32,000 nt of DNA, taken from NCBI GenBank assembly GCA_030606485.1, contig JAUWGH010000007.1, positions 180,001 through 212,000 on the forward strand, read 5' to 3'. Shown here one piece after another: positions 18,227 through 26,375 of the stretch. Within the stretch, counting starts at the first letter, position 1; every line of letters begins with the position of its first letter. The position numbers were made by a program, and so were the translations under genes. The stretch comes from Promethearchaeota archaeon (GTDB lineage Archaea > Asgardarchaeota > Lokiarchaeia > Sigyniarchaeales > SOKP01). The notes under the pieces are model-generated. The model was given only the letters and a program-made list of their open reading frames with translations. It had not been told where the DNA came from and did not search any database.

Positions 18227-18877
18227 TTGCCGAATTTTTTAATTATAACTAAAACTATTCCAGACTATTCAAAACATGATATAGATTTTGGAAATACTCC
18301 TAAAATTGTTATACAACTTTGCTTATGCTTGAAAGAAGCATTTTTCTTAGCGTATAAAATTAGAAAATACGTAAATTTTTATATTTATATTGAAGAGAGT
18401 GAAATTTTAATTAAATTTGAAGGAAAAACTTTAAGATATCTTGGTCCAGATGAGCGGTCTCAATCTCTTCTCTTAGAAAAGGCATTAAAAATGAGTTGTT
18501 ATAAAGATTCTATTTCTCCTATGATGTTCATAAAATCTACGCCTGGTATCTTTATTAAGAAGGTTAGATTTAAAGATTTTATCAAAAATCAAGAAGATTT
18601 TCAAAATATAAGTATTATAAATTCATTTCAGGAAGAGCAACTAAAAGATATCAAAGTTTTATTTAATACAACGAGGATTGAAGATAATATAAATTCAAAA
18701 TTTATATGTTTTTTAAATTATGATCCAAGAAAATTTAATGAATATTTACCCTATTTAAAGTGTTTAACAAAAATCAATATATTAGAAGGATTAAGTAAAA
18801 AAATTGAAAATCTGCTTTGTTCCGATAAAATTTTATATATTAACCATTATTTCGATAAATTAAACTATGATACTTAA
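18227..18877 (+). CDS. TrmY-like (tRNA pseudouridine-54 N1-methyltransferase, SPOUT) protein, divergent
   Basis: LCLCLKEAFFLAYKIRKYVNFY, IKFEG..LRYLGPDERS..LLLEKAL and STPGIFIKK match TrmY blocks as I recall them; C-terminal SAM knot degenerate; TTG start. Confidence 0.7.
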   Translation: MPNFLIITKTIPDYSKHDIDFGNTPKIVIQLCLCLKEAFFLAYKIRKYVNFYIYIEESEILIKFEGKTLRYLGPDERSQSLLLEKALKMSCYKDSISPMMFIKSTPGIFIKKVRFKDFIKNQEDFQNISIINSFQEEQLKDIKVLFNTTRIEDNINSKFICFLNYDPRKFNEYLPYLKCLTKINILEGLSKKIENLLCSDKILYINHYFDKLNYDT

Positions 18878-20273
18878 AAATGCAAGAATATATTCAGATG
18901 AAGAATTGAAGCTGGGCTCCATTTATATTTCAGATGGGAAATTCAAGAAAATAATTTTCCATAGCCAAGAAAATAATGCCCATTTTGAAGATATCACAGA
19001 TGATGATATTATTAATTGTAATGAGAAAATATTATTACCTGGCATAATAGATGTTCATTCTCATCTTAGAGACTTAGGTCAATCTGAGAAAGAAACTTTT
19101 ATTACGGGAACTAGAGCAGCGGCTGCATCAGGAATTACAACTGTATTTGATATGCCAAATACAATCCCTCCAGCAATCACTTCTCATGATGTAGAAAAAT
19201 GGATGGATGCGGCAAGAAATAATATTTTTATTGATGTAGGCTTTATTGCAGGTGTTCCTGAAAAAATAAATCAAGAAGAATTTGAAAAAATTGTAAATTT
19301 AGGCGTAATGGGTTTTAAGATATATCCTCATTCACCTATTTCTAAAATTGATTGGATAAATCCCCAAAATGTTGAACAAATATTGCATTTTATCTCAAAA
19401 TATAATATTCCATTATTTATTCACCCTCAAATGCCAATAAAAAATTCAGAGGTCAATAGAAAAGTCGAAAATGGCATAGATCAAAAAAGAGCCACCTTGA
19501 AACTTTTTAATGAAATTTATTCAAGTGATATCGAAAAGAATTTTATTGATCATTTTCAAAAACATTATGAACGTTTTATTATTAATAACAAAAACATTAC
19601 TGCCTATCCGCATATCCATTTTTGTCATGTGAGTTCAAAAGAAGCTCTATACATACTTCTTAATGCAAGATTCGAAGTGAGTTTATTAAATTTTTCTTTT
19701 GAAGTTACACCTCATCACCTTCTTCTTAATAACGATATGAAGTTCGAGAAAGATAGTTTTGGAAAAGTTTTACCACCTCTTAGAGATGAACTTGATAGAA
19801 ATTACCTTTATCAAAATTTTAAAAATGGAAAAATTGATTTGATTGGAACGGATCATGCTCCTCATACTATTGAAGAAAAAACAAGATCTTTTTTTAAATC
19901 GCCATCCGGTTTTCCAGGTTTTGAAACATATCCTCTTCTATTATTAGAAAAGATATTTAATTCTGATTTACAATTGAAAACTTTTATAAAGTGCTCTTCT
20001 GAAATGCCAGCTAAATTATTCGGTTTGAATAATAAAGGCTTTATAAAAGAAGGATTTGATGCTGATTTTTATCTGGTGGAAAAAACAAATCCTTATACAA
20101 TTAATCCTGAAAAGTTTTACAGTAAAGCAAAATTTTCTCCATTTAAAGGCCTCAAAACTACGGTTAAAATCTCCGGAGTATATCTAAGAGGTCAAAAAAT
20201 ATATGATGGAGTAAATGTTTTGAGTAATAAAATTGGACAAATTATTCATAAAAGAAATAGTATTAAATACTAA
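18867..20273 (+). CDS. pyrC: dihydroorotase (type I)
   Basis: PGIIDVHSHLRD, DMPNT, GFKIY, HFCHVS, EVTPHHL, PPLR, GTDHAPH, KFSPF; start overlaps the upstream stop by 11 nt. Confidence 0.88.
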   Translation: MILKNARIYSDEELKLGSIYISDGKFKKIIFHSQENNAHFEDITDDDIINCNEKILLPGIIDVHSHLRDLGQSEKETFITGTRAAAASGITTVFDMPNTIPPAITSHDVEKWMDAARNNIFIDVGFIAGVPEKINQEEFEKIVNLGVMGFKIYPHSPISKIDWINPQNVEQILHFISKYNIPLFIHPQMPIKNSEVNRKVENGIDQKRATLKLFNEIYSSDIEKNFIDHFQKHYERFIINNKNITAYPHIHFCHVSSKEALYILLNARFEVSLLNFSFEVTPHHLLLNNDMKFEKDSFGKVLPPLRDELDRNYLYQNFKNGKIDLIGTDHAPHTIEEKTRSFFKSPSGFPGFETYPLLLLEKIFNSDLQLKTFIKCSSEMPAKLFGLNNKGFIKEGFDADFYLVEKTNPYTINPEKFYSKAKFSPFKGLKTTVKISGVYLRGQKIYDGVNVLSNKIGQIIHKRNSIKY

Positions 20274-20290
20274 GTAGTATCAAAATTAAA

Positions 20291-20926
20291 ATGGTAAAAA
20301 TGGTCCATGAAAAAATAACTTTTGAAGATGGAATTACTTTAATTAAATTTGCTCGAGAGAATATTGAAACATATTTAAAAACTTCTAAAAAAGCAATTAT
20401 TCCAGATGAAATTGAAAAAAAGTATTCTGGGAAATATGGCGTCTTTATTACCCTGAATAAACTAGATGGTAATAGAAAAATGCTTAGAGGTTGCATAGGG
20501 TATCCAGAACCTACTTTTTCACTTATAAAAGCAATTTATAATGTTTCAATTTCTTCAGCAATTGAAGATCCTCGTTTTCCTAATGTTACTCTTGAAGAAA
20601 TGGATAACATTGTAATTGAATTAACTGTATTAACTCCTCCCGAATTGATAGAAGTTAATGATTCCAATGAATATTTGGATAAAATTAAAATAGGAAGAGA
20701 TGGCTTGATTATTGAGTATGGAATGCGAAGAGGATTGCTTTTACCCCAAGTTCCCGTAGATGATGGAAGAAATTGGGATGTAAAAACATTTCTTGAACAT
20801 ACATGTATGAAAGCATGGCTCCCAGCGGATTCCTGGATGAATAAAGATACTAAAATTTACAAATTTGAGGGAATTATTTTTGAAGAACTTGCTCCTCGAG
20901 GAGAAATCATATTAAAAAAAATTTAA
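20291..20926 (+). CDS. AMMECR1-domain protein
   Basis: GVFITL, LRGCIG, EDPRF, ELTVL, GRDGL, GLLLPQV, FLEHTCMKAWL, FEGIIFEE. Confidence 0.92.
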   Translation: MVKMVHEKITFEDGITLIKFARENIETYLKTSKKAIIPDEIEKKYSGKYGVFITLNKLDGNRKMLRGCIGYPEPTFSLIKAIYNVSISSAIEDPRFPNVTLEEMDNIVIELTVLTPPELIEVNDSNEYLDKIKIGRDGLIIEYGMRRGLLLPQVPVDDGRNWDVKTFLEHTCMKAWLPADSWMNKDTKIYKFEGIIFEELAPRGEIILKKI

Positions 20927-21300
20927 TCTTTTTTAATTACAATATCACTAATTCCTAACCACTCTTTAGCTTCATCCAGAGTCGTAACAATCTTCCTTTT
21001 CGGAGATATCGCCTTTTCTAATAAATACTTAATTTCAACATCTAAAGGCGGATTATTTATAATAACAAAGGCCGATTTTTCCAATCTTTTATTATTTTCT
21101 TTTAATAAATCTAAAATTATAATTATTGATCTACCATCTAAATGACTGGCATCACTAATATCTACAAGAACACAAAATTTTTTTAAATTTTTTGTTTGCT
21201 CCTTAAAATCATTCACAAATATTTTAGCCTCAACAGGCGGAAATTTCCCAATTGCTTTTATATAAAAACAATTTTTACCCATTTTTTCTAATTGATACAA
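20923..21300 (-). CDS. STAS/SEC14 (SpoIIAA-like) domain protein
   Basis: VLVDIS, SAFVI and terminal TLDEAKEWL pattern; TTG start with AGGTG SD 7 nt upstream. Confidence 0.6.
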   Translation of the reverse strand: MYQLEKMGKNCFYIKAIGKFPPVEAKIFVNDFKEQTKNLKKFCVLVDISDASHLDGRSIIIILDLLKENNKRLEKSAFVIINNPPLDVEIKYLLEKAISPKRKIVTTLDEAKEWLGISDIVIKKD

Positions 21301-21347
21301 AAAAAAACACCTATTATTTTTATTAGTATAATCGTTTTTATATAATT

Positions 21348-21737
21348 ATGCCAATAATATCACTTCAATTAGACGATGATTTATTGGATCGTTTTAATAA
21401 GGTTAAAAATAAACGTGGATATACATCAAAGAGTAAAGCAATAAGAGATTCCATTATTGAATTTATTGAAAACTATGAAAAATTTGACGATCTAGAGGGA
21501 TATAAGATTATGACCATAAATCTTATTTATCCAATTGAAGCCGGATTATTATCTGAAATGTCTGAGATATGCGATAAATATAGAAGTTTAATTAAAACAA
21601 TGATGGACTGGAGGATAGCTTCAAAAAAAATTGAAATTATCTTAACAGTCGGAGAAGTTAATACAATTAAAGATTTTTATAACGAAATAGTAAGAATAAA
21701 AGATATAACCTCAACAATACATGAAGTAATAATCTAA
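21348..21737 (+). CDS. NikR-like ribbon-helix-helix regulator with C-terminal ACT-like domain
   Basis: IISLQLDDDLLDRF...GYTSKSKAIRDSI RHH domain; C-terminal NikR topology without His/Cys nickel ligands. Confidence 0.8.
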   Translation: MPIISLQLDDDLLDRFNKVKNKRGYTSKSKAIRDSIIEFIENYEKFDDLEGYKIMTINLIYPIEAGLLSEMSEICDKYRSLIKTMMDWRIASKKIEIILTVGEVNTIKDFYNEIVRIKDITSTIHEVII

Positions 21738-21744
21738 TAATCTT

Positions 21745-22596
21745 TTAAATAAGTTTTAAAGAGAAATCTACTTGTTTATGAGGAAACTGAGTTAAAGATC
21801 CTAAACTTATTATATCCACTCCAGTTTTAACGTAATCTTCAATATTTTCCTTATTGATCGACCCAGAAGCTTCTAATAAAACTTTCTCTCTTAAACCCTC
21901 CATTTCTAATGCTTTTATCGCTTCTTCAATCTCTGCTGGTTTCATGTTATCTAACATTATAATATCTGCTCTATTTCTTGCGGCAATCAAAACATCTTCA
22001 ATGTTTTCTACTTCAATTTCAATTTTTTTAGAAAAACTTGCTAATTCGCGAGTTTTTTTAAGAATTTTTTTAACATCACCTGAAAAATATTTTAAATGAG
22101 TATCTTTAATCAAAATCATATCATCAAGATTCCAGCGATGAGTCTCCCCACCTCCCAATTTTACAGCCCTCTTTTCAAAAATTCTAAAATATGGAGTTGT
22201 TTTTCTAGTGCAAGCAATTTTTATGTATTTATTTAATTTTTTGGTAATATTTACAAAATCTCTTGTTGATGATGTGATAGCACTCATGCGTGTCAAAAGA
22301 TTTAATGACGTTCTTTCGCCAAATAAAATATCATGAGCATTTCCAGACAATACACAAATTATATCATTCTCAACAACTTTATCTCCGTCTTTTTTAAATA
22401 ATGTAATCTTAACATTTAAAAATTCAAATAATATATCAATCTCTTTTAATCCCGATACATAACCCGAACTTTTTGCAATAATTTGGGCTTTAATTTCCTT
22501 ATTTTCTGGAATAATTTCTGAAGAAACATCTTGAAATAAACAATCTTCTTCTAAAAACTCTTGAATTTTTTTTCTAATTATTATTTTATTCATCAT
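21745..22596 (-). CDS. nadC: nicotinate-nucleotide pyrophosphorylase (quinolinate phosphoribosyltransferase)
   Basis: GERTSLNLL, CTRKT, HRWNLDDMILIKDTH, IEIEVE, DIIMLDN, EASG, DIISLG. Confidence 0.93.
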   Translation of the reverse strand: MMNKIIIRKKIQEFLEEDCLFQDVSSEIIPENKEIKAQIIAKSSGYVSGLKEIDILFEFLNVKITLFKKDGDKVVENDIICVLSGNAHDILFGERTSLNLLTRMSAITSSTRDFVNITKKLNKYIKIACTRKTTPYFRIFEKRAVKLGGGETHRWNLDDMILIKDTHLKYFSGDVKKILKKTRELASFSKKIEIEVENIEDVLIAARNRADIIMLDNMKPAEIEEAIKALEMEGLREKVLLEASGSINKENIEDYVKTGVDIISLGSLTQFPHKQVDFSLKLI

Positions 22597-22671
22597 AATT
22601 CCACATAAAGAATCTTATTGTAGATTTTTTAATCACTAATCTTTTAAAAACATTCAGAGATATTTTATTTT

Positions 22672-23328
22672 ATGCTTCAAGAAATAAAAATTCCCATACT
22701 TAATAAAAATATTAAGCTTGAGGCTGAAGTTTTTTACCCAGATAATGATAAAAAAAATATATGTGTTCTTCTAGCTCATCCACATAGCCTATACGGAGGA
22801 AACATGTCAAACAATGTTATATCTTCCCTTTTCTCTACGTTGTCTAATGAAAACATACCAACATTAAGATTCAATTTTCGAGGAGTGGGAAAATCTACAG
22901 GATCTTATGGTCATGATATAGGAGAGCAAGAAGATATTAGAACATGTATAGAATTTTTAATTGAAAATGAAGAATTTGAAAAAATAGTCATTATTGGGTA
23001 TTCTTATGGAGCTGCTGTTGGATGTTCACAAGTTAATACTCTTGAAAATATTATGGGATATATTGCCATTGCATTTCCGTTTGATTTATTTATTAAGCTC
23101 AAAAATTTAGCTCAAACTTCCAAACCGAAATTATTCATTCAAGGTGATCTGGATAATATTGCCAATTTTCGCAATTTTTTAAAACACTTCGAAGATATGA
23201 AACCACCCAAGGAATACAAAATAATAAATAATGCAGACCACTTTTTTTGGGGCTTTGAAAATCAAGTTTCTAAATATACATTTGATTTTGTAAAGAAATT
23301 AGAGAATGAAAGAAAAAATATAATGTAA
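22672..23328 (+). CDS. alpha/beta hydrolase
   Basis: HPHSLYGGNM.NNV, RFNFRGVGKSTG, GYSYG nucleophile elbow, QGDLD, ADHFF. Confidence 0.9.
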   Translation: MLQEIKIPILNKNIKLEAEVFYPDNDKKNICVLLAHPHSLYGGNMSNNVISSLFSTLSNENIPTLRFNFRGVGKSTGSYGHDIGEQEDIRTCIEFLIENEEFEKIVIIGYSYGAAVGCSQVNTLENIMGYIAIAFPFDLFIKLKNLAQTSKPKLFIQGDLDNIANFRNFLKHFEDMKPPKEYKIINNADHFFWGFENQVSKYTFDFVKKLENERKNIM

Positions 23329-23340
23329 ATTTAGAGATAA

Positions 23341-23751
23341 TTAAATATTTGCAAGACTTTTTAATTCTGCTAGGGAGTTTTCTTCTGCCCAGTCAAGTAA
23401 TTGGTCATAATATTTCTCAATCTCTTGAGATTCAGGAACGGGCGCAAGAACTGCTAAAATAAATAGTGTTTTCTCTATTTCAATATTTCTGCAGATTATT
23501 AAAAAGTTTCTAAACAAAACTTTAATTGACATCAACTCGGAATTGAGTGAGAGTTCTTCCCCTACTTTACTTGCAGTATCACTTAGAAGACTTCCCATGG
23601 CTGCAACAACAGCTTCATCTACATCGGGTTCTCTCTGAGATGTGAGGACTAAACCCGCTGATGTGCTAAATAAAGAAGCTCTAAATCCAGCATTTTCATT
23701 TAATTCTTTTAATATAAGATCTAAGCGACCCGGAATTTCTAAAACCTCTAT
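23341..23751 (-). CDS. roadblock/LC7 (MglB/LAMTOR-like) domain protein; true start probably non-canonical (ATA 23751 or ATT 23757)
   Basis: Frame is open from 23757: IRIEVLEIPGRLDLILKELNENAGFRASLFSTSAGLVLTSQREPDVDEAVVAAMGSLL... This restores the first helix and two strands of the roadblock fold that the 85-aa ORF lacks. Confidence 0.75.
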   Translation of the reverse strand: MEVLEIPGRLDLILKELNENAGFRASLFSTSAGLVLTSQREPDVDEAVVAAMGSLLSDTASKVGEELSLNSELMSIKVLFRNFLIICRNIEIEKTLFILAVLAPVPESQEIEKYYDQLLDWAEENSLAELKSLANI

Positions 23752-23835
23752 TCTAATTTAATTTGTTAAAAATTTTACGATATTAATTATATGTTTTTTC
23801 CAATTATATAAATTTTTATACTTATTCTGTAAATT

Positions 23836-24369
23836 TTATTTCTTTTTCTTAAATGGTAATGAAATTAAATAGGCAGATGCCAACCCATTTTCAATATTTA
23901 AAATAATTAGTGTCGGTTTAGCTACTGGTTCTTGAAATCCCGGTTTTTTTGGTGGTGCTCGAGGATAAGCAATAGAACCGGGATTTAATATCATACATTT
24001 TGATTCCAACCCTTTAATGGAAGGAATATGAGTATTTCCGGTTATTAATATGTTAAGTTTCCTACTTTCAATATATTGATCTAATTCATTTATAGGGACA
24101 TCATGAATTATCCCAATCCTTTGTCCTTCAACCTCGAGCAATTTTTCCTTGGGTAATCCTTTAATTTTATCCGTATTACTTGCTACACAATGAACTGGGG
24201 CAATCTCTTTTAATCGCTTTAAAAATATTTCAGAAACTACATCTCCTGCATGAATAATCTCATCCACGTTTGATAAATATCTTCCCAATACACTAATAAA
24301 ATTATCAATCTTTTTAGGATCCCATGTTTCTTCTACATGCGTATCAGAGATAATTCCAAATTTTACCAA
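23836..24369 (-). CDS. YfcE/MJ0936/Vps29-family metallophosphoesterase
   Basis: IISDTH, IHAGD, SNTD, IIHD, GNTH, LNPGS; TTG start. Confidence 0.85.
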   Translation of the reverse strand: MVKFGIISDTHVEETWDPKKIDNFISVLGRYLSNVDEIIHAGDVVSEIFLKRLKEIAPVHCVASNTDKIKGLPKEKLLEVEGQRIGIIHDVPINELDQYIESRKLNILITGNTHIPSIKGLESKCMILNPGSIAYPRAPPKKPGFQEPVAKPTLIILNIENGLASAYLISLPFKKKK

Positions 24370-24405
24370 AATTAACCATTTTTTTTGAACTATTTCTTTT
24401 TTATC

Positions 24406-25350
24406 CTAAATAATAAATAGGAAACTCATCAACCAGATTATTAAAATAATTATAATATCAAAAATAATTCTAACATTTCTATCTGTTTTTGTCTCATCTA
24501 ATTTTTGGTTTTTATTAAAATAATTTTTAATATCTTCAAAAATATAATTAATTCCCTTTTTAACACGAGAAAACTGAAAAATAACAAAAATAATTCCAAT
24601 AACTATTAATGGCATATATAGAAGAAATAATAAATCAAAAAAAGATCCACCTTGGATGAAATACCATAAAGTAACGGCTGCAATAATATTTGATATAGTA
24701 TGAGCAAAAATTAACGGAAAAAGCCATTTTTTACGAGTAAAAAAAGATGCAGAAATAAAACCAACAATTGTTGCAATAATTCCCCAAAAAATCGGATAGA
24801 GTGGGTTATGTCCAGGAAAATTAGGAGAAAATATATACGCAAAGTGACTTAAGCCAAAAAAAATAGAGGTAATTATAATAGGGGAAAATTTACCAAGATA
24901 TTGTTCTCCACGATTAATGAAAAAACCACGATAGATCCACTCTTCTTTAAAAGATGAGAGAAATTGTATAATTATTGCTGAAATGAGAAAAATAAATACT
25001 TCTTCACCTAAATATGAACCAAATGTATTATTAAAAATAACATCCGATTCAAATTCTAAATAACCGGGAATTAAATAACTGAATAAACTGAATGGAATAT
25101 ATACAATAAAAAGTATTAATAACCCCCATAATAATTGATATTTAAAATTACTTTTTTTAATTTTTAGCAATAATAATTGTTGTTTTGAGGAGGACATATC
25201 AGATTCTACAATTAAATTTTGTTGTTTTGGCTGGAAAATAATATTGACTACAAATAAAAATATTGGAACTGCGATTAAAGCTGCAACTAATTTGAATAAA
25301 TAATAAAAATAGGTGTCAATTAATGTGGATGTTTGAAATAATGATCTCAT
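24406..25350 (-). CDS. CPBP (CAAX prenyl protease-like/Abi) intramembrane metalloprotease
   Basis: EEWIYRG, FFGLSH and HTISN motifs with multiple TM helices; the frame remains open upstream to 25479. Confidence 0.85.
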   Translation of the reverse strand: MRSLFQTSTLIDTYFYYLFKLVAALIAVPIFLFVVNIIFQPKQQNLIVESDMSSSKQQLLLLKIKKSNFKYQLLWGLLILFIVYIPFSLFSYLIPGYLEFESDVIFNNTFGSYLGEEVFIFLISAIIIQFLSSFKEEWIYRGFFINRGEQYLGKFSPIIITSIFFGLSHFAYIFSPNFPGHNPLYPIFWGIIATIVGFISASFFTRKKWLFPLIFAHTISNIIAAVTLWYFIQGGSFFDLLFLLYMPLIVIGIIFVIFQFSRVKKGINYIFEDIKNYFNKNQKLDETKTDRNVRIIFDIIIILIIWLMSFLFII

Positions 25351-25603
25351 TGCATTAAAAATAAAGTTAAAGATTGTAATTCCTACAAAAACAATGAATA
25401 ATTCGATTAAAAAATAAAATCTATTATTTAGAATTTCAGTTCTTCTATTGGTTTCAGTAAATGTGGATTCTCTCTTAAATTAATTTTAATTAACTCTATT
25501 ATATATTAGGTATTTTTTATCTATTTAGATTCGTATTTAAAGATAGAGTTATACAATAAGAGAAAAAAGAGGATTTAATATTTTTATCTGGTTCTAATTA
25601 TTT

Positions 25604-26233
25604 TTACCTTTTAAGAGTTAAAATTCCATTCTCAACAAACCACGCTAAGTTTCCAAAGAGAAATAACCATTCTGCAAAACTTTGAAATTCAGGACATAAT
25701 CCAGGATTTATCTTGTTTAAAATCAATAATATTAGATATAAAGCAAAAAGAAATGCTACTATAAGGTTCGAAATTGCTTGTAGTTTAGAAAATTCTGGAA
25801 TTTTGAATTCTAAGATTGCATATATTATTAAATATAATATTCCCGTAAAAAAGAAAATATATTCTGAGTTTAAATGCATATCTGGAGAGTCAATTTTGTT
25901 GAATATTGCTAATAAAATCATGCTAAATGCTGAAACGGAGCCTAAAATAAAACATAGCCAAGTCCCCTTAGTATTTGCACCTTTATTTTGTAAATAACTA
26001 GTAAAATCTATGAAGAAAATAATCACGAAAAAACCTGTAATAATCCAGCAAATATTAAATATTATGTAATTACTGTTAGTTGGGGCTCCCATATCGCTGA
26101 TATGATGAATAAATAAGCTAAAATTAGGTTCTACTAATATTGCAATAATAAGCCCTATTAGAAATATTGCTACACCTATAAATACAAAATAGCCTCCATG
26201 AAATTTTTTAAAAAAATTATCAATTTTTTCCAT
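25604..26233 (-). CDS. DUF998-like membrane protein
   Basis: About 5 TM helices, HHISDMG motif, mid-protein His (MH) and terminal EW. Confidence 0.7.
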   Translation of the reverse strand: MEKIDNFFKKFHGGYFVFIGVAIFLIGLIIAILVEPNFSLFIHHISDMGAPTNSNYIIFNICWIITGFFVIIFFIDFTSYLQNKGANTKGTWLCFILGSVSAFSMILLAIFNKIDSPDMHLNSEYIFFFTGILYLIIYAILEFKIPEFSKLQAISNLIVAFLFALYLILLILNKINPGLCPEFQSFAEWLFLFGNLAWFVENGILTLKR

Positions 26234-26375
26234 AATATTTCACTTTTTCTTAAAATATTTTAAATATAATTTATCTTCATAGGTATTTAATATTTCATCA
26301 TTAAATTTTGAAATTCACTTTTAGAAAAAAAATTAACGACAATAAAAATTGATACTATGAATAATAATCTAAAAA

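Noticed and set aside
24346-24380. Out-of-frame ATG (MVNFGKIW...) just upstream of the TTG start of the YfcE-like gene
   Set aside because: It closes after 11 codons, no slippery site links it to the main frame, and the TTG start already gives a complete protein
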